Shown: piece by piece, positions 1 through 12,789 of the stretch | Layout of the letters: the number at the start of each line of letters is the position of its first letter | Position numbering within the stretch: position 1 is the stretch's first letter | NCBI RefSeq assembly: GCF_004010195.1 | Contig: NC_057716.1 | Span: forward strand, 19,011,429-19,075,428 | From: Chiloscyllium plagiosum | Lineage: Eukaryota | Length of the DNA stretch: 64,000 nt | Reading direction: 5' to 3' | Notes under the pieces: model-generated | Told to the model about the DNA's origin: nothing | What the model saw: only the letters and a program-made list of their open reading frames with translations | Database searches by the model: none | Made by a program: the position numbers and the translations under genes

Positions 1-613
1 TGTTTGTACAGGTCCCACTTTCCCCAGAATGCAGTCCAATTGTCCAAATATTTGAAGCCCTCCCTCCTACACCAGCCTTGCTGCCACGTGTTCAACTGCA
101 CTCTCTCCCTATTTTTTGCCTCACTGTCACGTGGCACCGGCAACAACCCAGAGATGATGATTCTGTCTGTCCTAGCTTTTAGCTTCCAGCCTAACTCCTT
201 GAGCTCTTGAATGACCTCCCCACCCCTCTTCCTACCTATGTCGTTGGTGCCAATGTGCACCACGACTTCTGGCTGCACACCCTCCCCCTTAAGGATTCTG
301 AAGACACGGTCTGAGACGTCTCGGACCCTAGCACCCGGGAGGCAACAAACCATCCGTGAGTCTCGCCCATGTCCACAGAACCGCCTGTCCGTCCCTCTAA
401 CGAGAGAGTCCCCTATAACTAGCGCTCTCCACACACCCACTCAAATACTAATCACTTACCTTCCTGCCCAGCTATGCGCTCCAACCTCACTTCCGCTGCT
501 CCCACTCAAATGACCGTTGGTGATTAAAGGGTGAGTATTTATACTCGCAGTTCTCCTTCCCGGCTGCCCCTCTGTTTGCCGTCACTTCCTCTGCTGCTCC
601 CGCTCTTTTTGTG
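1..613 (-). mobile_element. CR1-type LINE 5' portion: 5' UTR plus ORF1 SGNH/GDSL esterase domain, running off the window start
   Basis: The minus-strand frame from about 428 to 1 is open: RALVIGDSLVRGTDRRFCGHGRDSRMVCCLPGARVRDVSDRV...VVVHIGTNDIG...IIISGLLPVPR...YLDNWTAFWGKWDLYK. GDS(L) and HIGTND are esterase blocks typical of CR1 ORF1p. The GC-richer 430-613 segment resembles a 5' UTR. Confidence 0.85.
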
Positions 614-955
614 AACTTTAACTTTATGATTTATACTTTATGAATCATAACTTTATGATTTATACAGTTGGTAATTGTTAAGTGAGAAAGTGTAATTGCT
701 TCTTATGCCTTCACCTTTGTCCACCTGGCGTCTTTCTCCATTGGGTAAAAGGTTCTGCTGTGGAAGAGAGACAAATCCTCTCTGACCCTTTCTCCATCTT
801 GGCTTATGTGATTCTACCGTAATGAAAAGACATGCCGTTTGTGTCACATGCTCAGTAATGAAAGCCACGTATCACTTATTTTTTTTGTCATGCCAGCTTC
901 TAATTTTTAAAAGCTGCTGAGCCTTGAATATTGTGTTTTCTTTTGGTTTTTCTAG

Positions 956-1081
956 CTGCGAAATGTTGATTGGCAACTCTGAACTCTGGTTAGCTCCGGT
1001 GCTCCCAGAGCAAGTTTCAGGGACTTGAGATTATGTGCTTCGTTTGCTGGCTCTTACTCTATGGCTGCAACAGCCTCAAAA
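956..1081 (+). other. Candidate non-coding (5' UTR-like) exon containing a 21-aa uORF at 963-1028
   Basis: Strong polypyrimidine acceptor (gttttcttttggttttttctag) and only a weak donor (AAA|gtagga), in repeat-free sequence. Confidence 0.2.
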
Positions 1082-1254
1082 GTAGGACCACACAAAATGA
1101 TCCTTCACTTGATTTTTAAATTAATGTTGTTTCCATTTTTAAAATGTTCTTAAACTTTCTTTGTGAAAGTTGAGTCAGGTTGTGGAGAGAGTCTGTTTCA
1201 AAACACATCACTTGCTAATGAGACTGTCACATCTGTCATTTGCATCCATGCCAA

Positions 1255-1716
1255 GATTAGAGTGGTGCTGAAAATGCACAGCAGGTCAGGCAGCATCTGA
1301 GGAGCAGGAAAAACGATGTTTCGGGCAAAAGCCCTTCATCAGGAATGTGGGAAAGGGGGCTGAGAGATAAATAGGGAGATGAGGCCAGTGAGAAAAGGTA
1401 GCTGGGAAGGTGATAGCAAGATGCAGGTGTGGTGGGGTGATAGATTGGAGGGCATGATGGAGCAGATAGGTGGGAAGGAAGATGGACAGGTAGGACAATT
1501 CATGACGGCAGTGCTGGGTTGGATCTGAGATGAGGTAGTGGGAGGGGAAATGAGGAAACTGGTGAAATCGATGTCCCACCCCCACTCTCCTATCTATCTC
1601 TCATCCATTGCGTCCCCCCCACCCCCAAATCCCTGTCACGTTCCTGATGAAGGGATAGTCTATTTCCCAGCTTCTTTGATGCTGCCTGACCTTCTGTGCT
1701 TTTCCAGCACCAGACT
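1255..1716. mobile_element. Family B PLE-derived fold-back element (non-autonomous)
   Basis: The left arm gtggtgctg...cagcaggtcaggcagcatc...gcccttcatcagga is the reverse complement of the right arm tcctgatgaaggg...gatgctgcctgacc...ccagcacca. The purine-rich body matches the 3' end of the PLE at 54260-54525. Confidence 0.8.
1314..1345 (-). ncRNA. Minimal type-I hammerhead ribozyme motif (family B)
   Basis: Reverse complement reads TTC-CTGATGA-A-GGGC-TTTT-GCCC-GAAA-CATC-G, with intact core and helix II. Confidence 0.7.
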
Positions 1717-2297
1717 TTTCAACTATATTACTATGATAACCTTTAGCAATTGTCAAACACATTTTGTCTCAATTTCTGAGTCTTCCCACAAGTTAAAATA
1801 TTTCCATAGAATTGTACAACACTCTAGGAGGCCATTTTATTTTTCCTTTTGGCTGGAATGGATTTCTCCTTTCTCTGTTATAAAGTTCCCATTTGCCAAG
1901 ACTATTTTAACAAAGTTTAGTCTATAATTTTTGCAGCAAGTGACATGTTGTCTGCTGCAACTGCTGCTATTTGTAATAGTCAGGAGTTGGTACTCGAAAT
2001 GTTTGGTGAGAAGTTTGTACTTGCAGGTGTGTTATTTCCTAAAGAGTCAGTTTAAAAAGAGCCAAATCATTATACCTGTAGTGTGTTGCAGTTTTAACTT
2101 AATGACATCAATTTATGGCTGCTTTTTTAATGTGCCAGTGTTAAATCAGTTTGCTTTTGTGGCCTGTGCAATGTGGGTTAGGCAGGTGTAACATTTAGGG
2201 TTAAAAAAAGTGATGTTTCTTCTTGAGGAAATTACTTATTCAAAATGCACGGGGGTAACTGTTAGAGAAACTGAGTGACAATATTTTCTCATTGCAG

Positions 2298-2371
2298 AAA
2301 GGAATGTTGTTTTGTGGTAGATCCCTGCATTGACATTGGCGGAGGGGGGTGTGTGAAGAGCTACTATCCTG
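2298..2371 (+). other. Candidate 74-nt exon
   Basis: Acceptor ttttctcattgcag| and donor CTG|gtaaaa in non-repetitive sequence. No recognisable protein. Confidence 0.2.
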
Positions 2372-4060
2372 GTAAAAACATTATTACCCTGCACTTTCAT
2401 TTTTCAGTGGTATAATCTGGTGAAAAGTTGGAACTCTCCAATAATCTAAACTAAACATGTACAATAATGGTGCGCTAAAAGAAAAAGTTAGTTCAACCTT
2501 GATCTGTATGTTAAGAGTCAATGTTTTCAGTCCGTGATGGCAAAGGAAAACTGTGGGTGGAAGCACATCACAAGTACTATGTGTTTGAGTAGCAATCTGG
2601 GAATTGCTGCTGGTCCTCCTGACCATGAACAAGTCAGATTTTTGAATACTGCTGGAGCCAATCTGTTGAGTACAGGAACAGGAAGACTGTAGTAGGAACA
2701 ACACAAGCCCTGCAGGACAGCTGGATGACTGTGTATGCAGGAAATGGCCATAATTTTCTTCTAACTTCCGTGATATGAACAATAATTTAATTTGCTTGTC
2801 ACAGCCTGCCATTGGTGTTCAAAGTTCGTTTAAAGCTAGTACCCCAGTAAATTAATTTTCATTGCACCATGGGTGAGGTGTTAATGCATCAGACTATTTT
2901 CTGTCATCTGCTTTTGGTGAAAATTGATAAATGGGGACCACATTATGCTAACAATAGTTGAAGGAACTAGCAAAATGTGATGGCTGACTGAATTTTTTTC
3001 TTTGTTGCGGGAATGGAGCAGGTGTACAATACAGCGGGAGGATTCTCTCCTGTGCTATGGAAACAGTTTTTACTGACTATTGATGGCCCAAGCGAATCAT
3101 TTATGTTTAAAGTGGACTGTCATTGTTGTTCTTTGTTTCCCAGCCGGCCTCGTTACAAAAGGAAGGGGGATGCTCGTAAACAAAAGTTGTCTAAGTGTGG
3201 AGGAGTAATGACATTGATAAGTGTGCAAAAATAGAAAAACTGTTTACTACTCATGGCACCAAAAAAAATCCATTGGCGCATAAGATTGAAAAAGCAGTTT
3301 GGAATCATTGTTTCCTATTTGTGATGAGGCAGTTTACTCCTGATTGCATCTGGACCTGTTAAAGAAAATCTGGGTACAAAGCTTTTGGAGGCTTTTGTGG
3401 CACAGTGGTATTGTCTGCACCTCTGGGCCAGAAGACCTGGATTCACATCCTACCTGCTCCAGAGATGTGTCACAGTATGAAAACCAGATGCTGTAAATCA
3501 GAAACAAAAACAGAAGTTGCTGGAAAAGCTTAGCAGATCCGGCTGCATCTCTGAAGAGAAGTCAGAGTGAATGTTTTGGGTCTGGTGACCCTTCCTCAGA
3601 ACTGATGGTAGTTAGGAAAATGTTGGTTTATATGCAAAAGTAGGGTGGGGAGGAGGAGTAAGGAGTAAATGATAGGTGGGGATGGACCCCAAAGAGAGAG
3701 AAGAACAGTTGGACAGACAAAGGAGTGGATTGCGATCTGGCTAGGAGAGTGAATAGCAGTCAGTGGAGACTGAAGGTGTAACACCTCCCCATTTGCGTTC
3801 ACCTTCCTCATGTCCAAGGCTCCACACATACCTTCTAGATGAAGCAGCACTTTACCTGCACTCCACATAATCTAGTCAACTGCATTTGCTGCTCACATCT
3901 ATGTTGGGGAAACAAAGCATAGACTTAGTGACCACTTCGCAGAACATTTTAGGGCCTGAACCCTCCCATGTCTCAGCCTCCAACCCCACACACCAAGCCT
4001 TGTTATCACATAGTCTGCCATTACACACCACCTATTGTTAGTCACTGCCAGTCTCCATTT

Positions 4061-5950
4061 AATGATTTGGAGCTGCTGGTATTGGACTGGGGTGGACAAA
4101 GTTTAAAAATCACAACACTAGGTTATCATCCAACAGGTTTATTTGGAGGCACTAGCTTTCAAAGCGCTGCTGCTTCATCAGGTGGTTGTGGAGCAGAATC
4201 ATAAGACGCAGACTTTATAGCAACAGAATTGCAGTGTCATAAAATGTAATATTAAACAAATTTAAGTTTTTCATCTTTTAAATGATAATGTTAGTTTCAG
4301 TTCCTTCATAAGTAAATCCCAGAACTTTTTTAAAGTTACATTCTTAAGGTAGTTTTAACAGTGGGTGTCCTCTCAACTCAGATAATGCATTGAAGGTGTG
4401 AATTTAAAGTCTGTCTGTGTCTCAATGTTAAGTCAGACTGATTCTATTTCTAAAGTGGGTTTTACAGAATTTGACATGGATACATGCAGTTTTTGAACAA
4501 AATAAAATGTAATTCTGCAAGTACAAATTCATCCCGTGTGTGTGTGTGTGTGTGTGTGTATATATCTGTGAGAGTGTGTGTCTGTGCGAGACTAATGGGG
4601 TATAAGTCTGTGAGAGTGTGGATGTGAGTGTGGAGGGTGTATGTCTGAGCATATGAGAGATGATCTGCGTGAGTGTATGGGTTTGTAGGAGTGTGTGTGT
4701 GCGTGTGTGTGAGAGAGTGTATAGTGTAGTGGGGTCACCTATAGTGTGAAATGAACCCAAGGTCCTGGATGAGGCCATCCCCATGGGTATCGAACTTGGC
4801 GATCAACCTCTGCTCGGCCAGTTTGCGCTGCTGCCTGTCCTGAAGTCTGCCTTGGAAGATGGTAACCCGAAGGTCCGCGGCCGCATGTCCTGGACCACTG
4901 AAATGCTCTCCAACTGGGAGGGAACACTCCTGCCTGTTGATTGTTGTGCAGTGTCCATTCATCCGTTGCAGCAGCCTCTGTTCGGTCTCGCCAATGTACT
5001 ATGCCTCAGGGCATCCACGCCTGCAGCGTATGAGTTAGACCATATTGACCTGGTCACATGAGTACTTGCCATAAACATAGTGGGTGGTGTTTCCACATGT
5101 AATGGTGGTATTGAGGTCAAAACTCTGCCACATCTTGCAGCATCTGCCATGACAGCGTTGTATGGTGTTGTCTTGAAAGCTGGACAGTTTAGTGCAAACA
5201 ATAATCTGAGGTTTGTGGTTGTTTGGGTGACCATCCTCCAAGGTGGACTTCGGAACAGGTAACAATGCAAAGTGGTTGAGTAGCGGCTGATAGCCAAGTT
5301 CGGTACCAATGAGGAAGTCCTCAACTGGGACCTTGGGTTCATGTCACACTACAGGTGACCCCACTGCATTCCCCTCCACCCACACACTCTCTCATATGCT
5401 CACACATACTCTCCCACACGCACCCTCTCACAGACTTCTATCCCTTTAAACATACACACATACGCATACTCACACTCTCAGACACTCATACCCTCTTGCA
5501 CATGCACACAAGTTTGTGGGGTGAATTTATACTTGCAGAATTACATTTTACTTTGCTCAAAAACTTCACAAATCCATGTAAGATTCTGTAAATCCCCTTT
5601 TTAGTTTAGAATCAGTCTAAACATTGAGGCACAGACAGCCTCACACCTTCAATGCATTATCTGGGCCAACATGTACCTATTGTTAAGTTCACTTGAGAAT
5701 GTGACTTTAAGAAAGTTCTGGAATTTACATATGAAAAAACTGAAACTTACATGCCCATTCTAAAAGATGAGAGACTTAACAAACAATCCAGGTCTTTTTC
5801 AATGTATAATTTCAGTTACATCAGGCTATAAATTCTGTGTCCCACGATCTAAAACCCCACAGTCACCTGATGAAGGAGCAGTGCTCCGAAAGCTCGTGCT
5901 TCCAAATAAACCTGTTGGACTATAACCTGGTGATGTGATTTTTAACTTTG
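4061..5950. mobile_element. Family A Neptune-type PLE 3' fragment with long inverted arms
   Basis: Arms of about 4105-4865 and 5228-5945 are reverse complements, including (TG)n versus (CA)n tracts. The minus strand at 4735-5230 encodes a decayed Cys-rich linker plus GIY-YIG endonuclease (CHGRCCK...YSC...YIGETEQRLLQRMNGH...PVGEHFS...KLAEQRLIAKFDTHGDGL). Confidence 0.85.
5864..5898 (+). ncRNA. Minimal type-I hammerhead ribozyme motif (family A), core intact
   Basis: CAC-CTGATGA-A-GGAGC-AGT-GCTCC-GAAA-GCTC-GTG: helix I CAC/GTG, helix II GGAGC/GCTCC, AGCT palindrome in place of helix III, CUC cleavage triplet. A mirror copy lies at 4150-4184 (-). Confidence 0.75.
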
Positions 5951-7912
5951 AACACTTTCCTAGCTTGTATCAGTTCTGAGGAAGGGTTACTGGATCAGAA
6001 GCATTAAGTCTGATTTCTCTTCACGAATGCTGCCAGACCTGATGTGTCATAATATATCTGAACAAGTTGCTTAAAAATATCTACAAAGACTTTGGAAGCA
6101 TTTGGAAGAAATCTGCAATAACATTCATGCATTGTTTCTTAATGCAGTTGTGGAAGAAGTTTTGGCGCTGTTATTCAGGGGTGAGGATTAACACCTTTTT
6201 TTATCCTGCGTTGCAATTTGGCTTATATTTAAAAGGGTTTCTGTTGGATACGATGGCCTTTTTGTCTTCCAGAATAAATTTGTATCTGGTGATAGAAAAT
6301 ATTATAATTGTGTGTATTTAAAAATCTCATTTCCAGTCTTTGAAATGTAGTCCATGTTAGTGATGATACCATATATCTATCCAAAAAGGTTATTTGTGTT
6401 TTGCTTTCAATTCAGTAATTTCCAGTTTGCCAGCTGTATCTGAATCCTTTGCTTGTTACCTAAAAATAGCATCTGTGTCATTGTCTGTCTTTTGCTTCCT
6501 TACTCACTGGCTCCATTCATTCAGTAAGAGTGCTCATTGCTGAGATTGGTACTATTACTGCCATTGAATGGCAGTGTAAAATCCTGTTTGGAAGCCAAGT
6601 ATTCTGTCATTTCCTATGAGGCAGGACAGCATTGGGCTGTGTGGTCGTGATACCCACAGGAAGGGTGCGGTCTGTTAGGTCACTCATTCCTATTCAGGAG
6701 CTATTTTTTGAGTTTGAAATACAGTACAGTCTTTTTCAGTCAATTTCCATTCATCTAGTTGAGCCAGGAAACTCTCTAACCAAGTGGAAATATGTGACAA
6801 GTTGATTGGATGATGTGTCATTCAACCCCTTTCACCTTAACAATAGGAGTTATGACGTGGTTTCATCAAAATCAGACCAGAAATTCGACGTTTAGATCAG
6901 AAGCTTGAACAAATTTTTGTTTTTCTAACAAAAAAGGTTTGGACACACTATGTAAAAGGTATTGTATTTTAATCATGCTGTTTATACTTACTGGATATCT
7001 GTAAATTATATTAACGTATGTTAATCTCCTTCAGAATCTTAGCAAATCTGAATTTAAAGCCAAATATGATGTGTACATGGTTAAAACCTTGTCACGTTGT
7101 AATAATAACTAATTTACCAACAGCACGTTTGACCTGCATGTTAAAGTTGTCTTGAATCTCCCTGATGTCAATCTGTAAAATACACATTGAAAACAGCATT
7201 AAAAATATGATACTGAAAGTCTGGTACATAAAAGCAGAAACATGATTTTGTGTACAAATTCCCCGTGTATTGTATCATTGATGAATGTTGATCAGTTTTC
7301 TCCTGTCTTCTGAATACTTCAAAACTAGTGCTCTTCAACAACAGTCATTGAGTGATTTTCATTCAGAAACTGGAATCTTAGTTTATTTCCAAATGGATTC
7401 CTAGTAAGAGCTGTTGAGTGTCTTGTGTTTCATCTTGAATTATCTGTCATACCTGAGGGATTCTCTATTAGTACTTTGAGAAGTCTGCTGTTATTAGAAA
7501 TTACATTAAAACAATGCCTTTTGAGTACTTGTATCGTAAGTATAAATTTTGTAATAGTTAAGCAACTGGTTTTAAAATTTTGAGTTTGTTCTGTTTATTT
7601 GAAAGCTAGGCCATAGAGGACAGAAGTTGAGCCATTAGTCTTGATCATGAGACTTCTGCTTTTCTTTTGAAGATCAGATGCTTTGTGACATCTGATCATT
7701 CTTTTGCCGCCTGTCTTGGCTGAGCTCCAGTTTTTTTTCCCATTAAATACTGGGACTACAGAAGCCATTATGTTCCCTGCCACGAACTCCATATTGAATG
7801 ACACTGATTCCATCCCCATCCTGGCCATCGTTAGTTTCACTAGCCTGCATGCAGAATTAGTGTCCGATTTGACTACACACTCCACCATTTAAACACTGCC
7901 TGTGTCACCTTA

Positions 7913-7956
7913 TAACATTATACATGCCAGCCTGTGTAACATTATACATGCCAGCC
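7913..7956 (+). repeat. Local 20-bp tandem duplication
   Basis: taacattatacatgccagcc at 7913-7932 and again at 7937-7956. Confidence 0.85.
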
Positions 7957-8160
7957 CATCCTGCAGCTCAAACCACCTTCACTGCTTTGGTTTTTGTTTC
8001 TCCTAGTGTAACCAACTGAACCATTTTATACGTTATGAGCCCCTTTTTGGTTCAGAGGCTTACTCTAGTTATCAACAACTCCAGACTTCCAAGTTATTGT
8101 TTGCATACAACATATTTATTCAGCACTCCAAAAAAAAACTTGCACTTGATACAACATTAG

Positions 8161-8542
8161 AAATCGCACAACACCAGGTTATAGTCCAGCAGGTTTATTT
8201 GGAAACACTAGCTTTACGAGCGCTGCCCCTTCATCAGGTGGTTGTGAAGTATAATATCTTAAGACACAGAATTTATAGCAAAAGTTACAGCGTAATGTGA
8301 TAAATTATACAGAAAAAGACCTGGACAATCCAGGTCTTTTTCAACATATATAACTTCAGTTACATCATAAGATAAACTTTTGCTATAAATTCTTTCTTAA
8401 CTATCTTATACTTCACAATGACCTGATGCATGAGCAGCGCTCTGAAAGCTAGTGCTTCCAAATAAACCTGTTTGAACTATAACCTGGTGTTGTGCGATTT
8501 TTAACTTTGTACACACCAGTCCATTACCGGCCTCTCCAAATC
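8161..8542. mobile_element. Family A short fold-back element with degenerate hammerhead motifs in both arms
   Basis: aaatcgcacaacaccaggttatag... pairs with ...ctataacctggtgttgtgcgattt, followed by an unpaired tail of about 40 nt (aactttgtacacaccagtcc...ctccaaatc). Confidence 0.85.
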
Positions 8543-9857
8543 TTGATTATCATATACTCCATACTCTTGCATTCCAAGCATGCAAGGTTGCTTGGGCTTG
8601 TCTGCGGTCTAATTTGTTCTCTCCTTCAAGTCTCTAGATATTTGATTAGGCTACTTCATCCTGAGCTTAGTAGCATAACCTAGTGTCCACATGTGCAAGG
8701 TTACCAGAGCCTGTCCAAGGATCAGGATGGAGGGAGTGATCTACTTTCTCATTCTAATCTTCAGGTTGATCAGTTGACTCCATTCTGAGCTCGCTAGCTA
8801 TCATGTTGGAGCAGCTTATTACGCCCTGCTCAGTGTTTGCAACTCACATCAGCTCCAGATCAGTCAAACTTGCTTTTGAGAAGCTTAGTGATTGGCCAGT
8901 TTTCCCATGGCAGCCTAATCAAATTTTTTTTTGATCATTTCGCCAAGTTGCTGAGGTTGTGAATCACATTTTACAAAGATCTCAGATATCATCCATACGA
9001 TAATGTTGTTTGTTGGGTTTCTGTATAGTGTACTAGTGTTTTCAAGATGGTGTTAATAAATGATTTCCTGTGAACATTAATCTTGGCTGTCTTGGTCACG
9101 TCCCCTGGGTTTGAATGACTTCTTAAGCAGCATTTTTCTGGATTTGTCAATTTTGTTATCATTTAATTGTGCTCAAAACCCAGATACAGCTCAACAGGCC
9201 TATTTTAAATAAATTGTAGATAATTATCAGGGGGATGGGGTAGGGTGGAAGATGAAATTCAGCACACTGTAATGAGCTCTCAACCAGCAGCAACTGCTGC
9301 TTTGAAACAGTGGAAATTGGAGAAATATACATCTACTATTGTTAAGAGGATTCCTAATCTGTACTACATTTTCAGACATTCTAGCTTCTAGCACTGTGGG
9401 CTGTTTTTAGAACTCTGCAAAAGAAGAGATTTTTCTCCCCATGCATTTACTCACCAGCGGCGCCACCACCCTTTTTTATTTTGGGTGGATGGTTTCACTG
9501 CTGGGAAGAGAAGTAATTATCAGCATAAATAACATTAGTGGGCACATATAATCATTTATTCCTTCTCGAGCACCATTTTAAACATGTCAAAAGTCTTGTC
9601 GGAAGAAAGCAAGGCTTGGAAGAAATAGCCAGTCTGTCAACATTCAGAAAGAGGAACAATAGATTAAATATCAGAAGAATAGTTTTCAGTATCGATAATA
9701 TTTTATATTTATCCTGTTTGAAAGGAAAGTTGATGCCTTTTGAAGTATTGCATACTATTTGTTTATCAGTGATCAGATATTACAGGAATTCTGATTTTAG
9801 AAAATACAGCAGAAATTAGTTGTGTTATTATAGCAAAAATGGGAGCTCAATATTTTA

Positions 9858-9986
9858 AACATCTTTTGCTTAGCGAGTTCTGAGAAAATTTGTAGTTCAG
9901 CTTGAGGTTCTGGATGTCGGTTTGCTGCTGAGCTGGAAGGTTCATTTCCAACGTTTCGTTACCTTACTAGGTAACATCTTTTGCTT
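9858..9986 (-). mobile_element. Family C' PLE 3'-terminal fragment, truncated inside the hammerhead, with 14-bp TSD
   Basis: aacatcttttgctt at 9858-9871 and 9973-9986. The reverse complement reads (A)GATGTTACC-TAGTAA-GGTAAC-GAAA-CGTT, i.e. helix II and GAAA without CUGA. Confidence 0.7.
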
Positions 9987-11570
9987 CCTTACTGTTCCAG
10001 TGAGTAAGCTGTTGGATTTGATACAAGACCTCTATTTTTGAGATTTATTTAGTATTCTGTTACCTCTCAATTTCCTGTCGTTGTCCATAGGATTTTAACC
10101 AGCAGGAGTTTTAATGCTGCAATGAGCAGGTACTGTGCATATGTTTTATAATCTCATAATATTTTTCAAAATATTGAGCTAATTATCTACTGGTCCTACT
10201 TGTAAAGTCAAGTGATCGTTTTCTGTGTTCCATCATTATGTAGAAATTCTGTGCAGAAGGAGGCTGTCTGTGAGACAGCGACATGAATATTCCAGATGCC
10301 AGCCAGTAATGAAGTTATGATTTCTGTACTACTTGTGCTTTCTCTTTTCATTTTGGATTGTTAACTTTGGGATGGAATGGGGACTTTGAATTTTTATTTC
10401 TAGATTTATAAATTTTAAAAACTGTACTGGATAGCTTTTGACTCGATGGTCTGATTAATGTACCTTCCTGTGTGAATAACCAAGTGCAGTACTTGGCAAA
10501 TGAAGGAGTAAAAAGTGTCAGTGTAATTCATTGAGTCTTCTACTTAATTGAATAAACAGGAAATCCATAGAGTTATGCAATAAGCACTGTGACTAATGCT
10601 TGAATTAAAACATCATTCTGAGAGGTGATATTCTGGAATTTATTGATATTAATATCCGTGCTTCTCTGGAGTTTCTTCTCACTACTTCTGAGCTCAAAAT
10701 ATTCAGACTTGCATATTCTTCCTCCTCATCACATCCTCACCTTTATTTTGATCATTACTCATTTCACAATCTCTTGAATGTTGACTCATCTTTCCTGGCA
10801 CCTGGATTAGTACGAAATTCATCCCCACCCTTCCAGCTGACCAACCTTTTAAGTATTTATTTTCAAAATCACAGGCTTCGCCTAATTGCAACTTCCTTAT
10901 TGACCTTGTCTGCTATTTCCCAACTTGGTTAGGGCCCTCTATTATTAAAAGGCATTGACCTTTTCAAGGCTTCACAATATAAAAGGACATACATTCAAGT
11001 ATACACAGCTCTTGGGCTTTGAAAAACAATTTTAATATCTGCAGAACAGCCCTTGCTGACCAGATTAGCATTAGGAAAATTTTAGGGCCTTTAATTGTTT
11101 TGGGGGAAATAGTGATTTACACTAATTTTTGATGCTACTTATATAATTTTAAGAGAAATGTGCAAATGAGAAGGGGGCAACTCACTTGTAAGTGATGCAT
11201 TTTTATAGTTGCCTGAAAGATTTTGGAGAGAGGCTGTGTATTTGACAATTTTGAGTGACTATCTTTAAATTATTCTGAATTATTTCACTTCAATTTGTTT
11301 GTAAAGAAAGGAGTGTACAACTCATTTTTATCCTTTCTTCACCCTGTCCATCCATCCATCCAAGTAAATACTAAAATTTTAAAACTATTATAATTTCTTC
11401 ATCACTACCACACATTAATCTTTATCATCTGAAGTATAACCAACTCAGTGTTTTGAGATACTTCCAGCTGTTGACTTTGAGATTTGGCTATGTAAACCTC
11501 ATTGGCTCCACATTGAGGTAAAATCAGAAGTGTGTTCCATCTCTATGATTTGACTTAGTGGGGGGGGTGA

Positions 11571-11810
11571 CACAGGTAAAATATGAATGTGGTGCTGGAA
11601 AAGCACAGCCAGTGAGGCAGCATCCGAAGAGCAAGAGAATCGATGTTTCGGGCATAAGCCCTTCATGATGAAGGGCTTATGCCTGAAATGTTGAATTTTT
11701 TTTTCTCTCCTGCTCCTTGGATGCTGCCTGACCAGCTGTGCTTTTCCAGCACCACGCTCTCAATTCTAATCCCTAGCATCTGAAGTCCTCACTTTCTCCA
11801 CAGGTAAAAT
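11571..11810. mobile_element. Family B mini fold-back element with 12-bp TSD
   Basis: TSD cacaggtaaaat at 11571-11582 and 11799-11810. Palindrome centre gcccttcatgatgaagggc. Tail ...catctgaagtcctcactttctc. Confidence 0.85.
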
Positions 11811-12419
11811 GTGGACTTTTTCTCATTTCTTGGGAACCTGCTGTCAACGAAGGCGGACATGGATGACGAAATGCATTACTGCCTTAATGTGCCAACTCTG
11901 CCTTTGGTCAACTGAGGAAAAGATTATTTGAAGACCAACATTCCAATTCTGAGACTACAGTTATAATTTACTCTCTGGGCAGCAGTGACCCTATATGCTT
12001 CAGAGATTTAGAGAACGTAGAAGAGGCATCTCAAAACAATGTATCAGTACTACTAAGTGCCTTCACAAGATCCTCCAAATTCCGTGCCAAGAAAGGTGAT
12101 CCAACAGCAGCGTTTTCTCCTAAACAATTGTACCCAGTGTGGAGGCAGTAATCGTTCAAAATCAGCTCTGTTGGACAGGACATGTTCATTTGCCTAACAC
12201 TAGACTCCTGAAGCAGTTGTTCTGTTTAGAAGTCTGAGTCATGGCAGGAGATCTCCAGGAGCTCAACAAAAATTCTAAGAATATCCTCAAAGTATCCCTG
12301 AAGAGTTTAAATATTCTGTTGACTCATGGAAATCCCTGCTTGTAACCGATCAGAATAGAGAAAGCTCTTTCAGGAAGACATTGAACATCTTGAGAGGCTT
12401 TGTACAGGACACTTCAAGG

Positions 12420-12520
12420 GTCTCCTGCCCCTTTTGATACTGCTTGACCTGCTGTGCTTTTTTCCAGCTCCACATTTTACCAACTTTGAATTTCCAACAT
12501 CTGCAGTCCTCACCATCTCC
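12420..12520 (+). mobile_element. Family B PLE 3' terminus fragment
   Basis: tctcctgcccc...gacctgctgtgcttttttccagc...catctgcagtcctcac matches the other family B ends. Confidence 0.65.
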
Positions 12521-12789
12521 AAGGCTTTGTGCAGAACAGGCAGAGGCATTGGAGAGGCACAAACTTCTTCTAAATAGCCCATCTACCCAACTCTTGAAGC
12601 ACATACATGTTGCAAAATCTACAGATCATGTATTGGATTGATAACCATCTCAGAATCTGTCAAATGAGTGTCAGCACTTAAACTCAGTATGTCAAGATTG
12701 AGGATAAGGAGTGGCACACCAAGAAAGTGCTAATCTGTATTGCATTTAGAAAGCAGGAGATAGTTATGTGAAAAAGGCTAAATAAACAA

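Larger units (their letters stand above)
3481..6040. mobile_element. Family D PLE fold-back element, interrupted by a family A element
   Basis: The left arm 3481-3770 contains the reverse complement of TTCTGAGGAAGGGTCACCAGACCC(A)AAACATT. A decayed GIY-YIG piece (VGETKHRLSDHFAEH) lies at about 3900-3950. A right-arm remnant agttctgaggaagggttactggatc... lies at 5955-6040. Confidence 0.7.

Noticed and set aside
211-513. 100-aa + strand ORF
   Set aside because: It is the antisense shadow of the CR1 ORF1 esterase frame on the minus strand.
956-982. LRNVDWQL after a splice acceptor, reminiscent of a COMM-domain start
   Set aside because: An in-frame TGA follows immediately and there is no further similarity.
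4428-4784. 118-aa His/Thr-rich ORF
   Set aside because: It is a translation of the (CA)n-rich tract in the family A terminus.
11571-11810. Small palindromes as classical MITEs or miRNA genes
   Set aside because: The arms are asymmetric, TSDs vary from 12 to 18 bp, and the sequence equals the terminus of the RT-encoding PLE at 51-54.5 kb. There is no evidence for a miRNA without reads.
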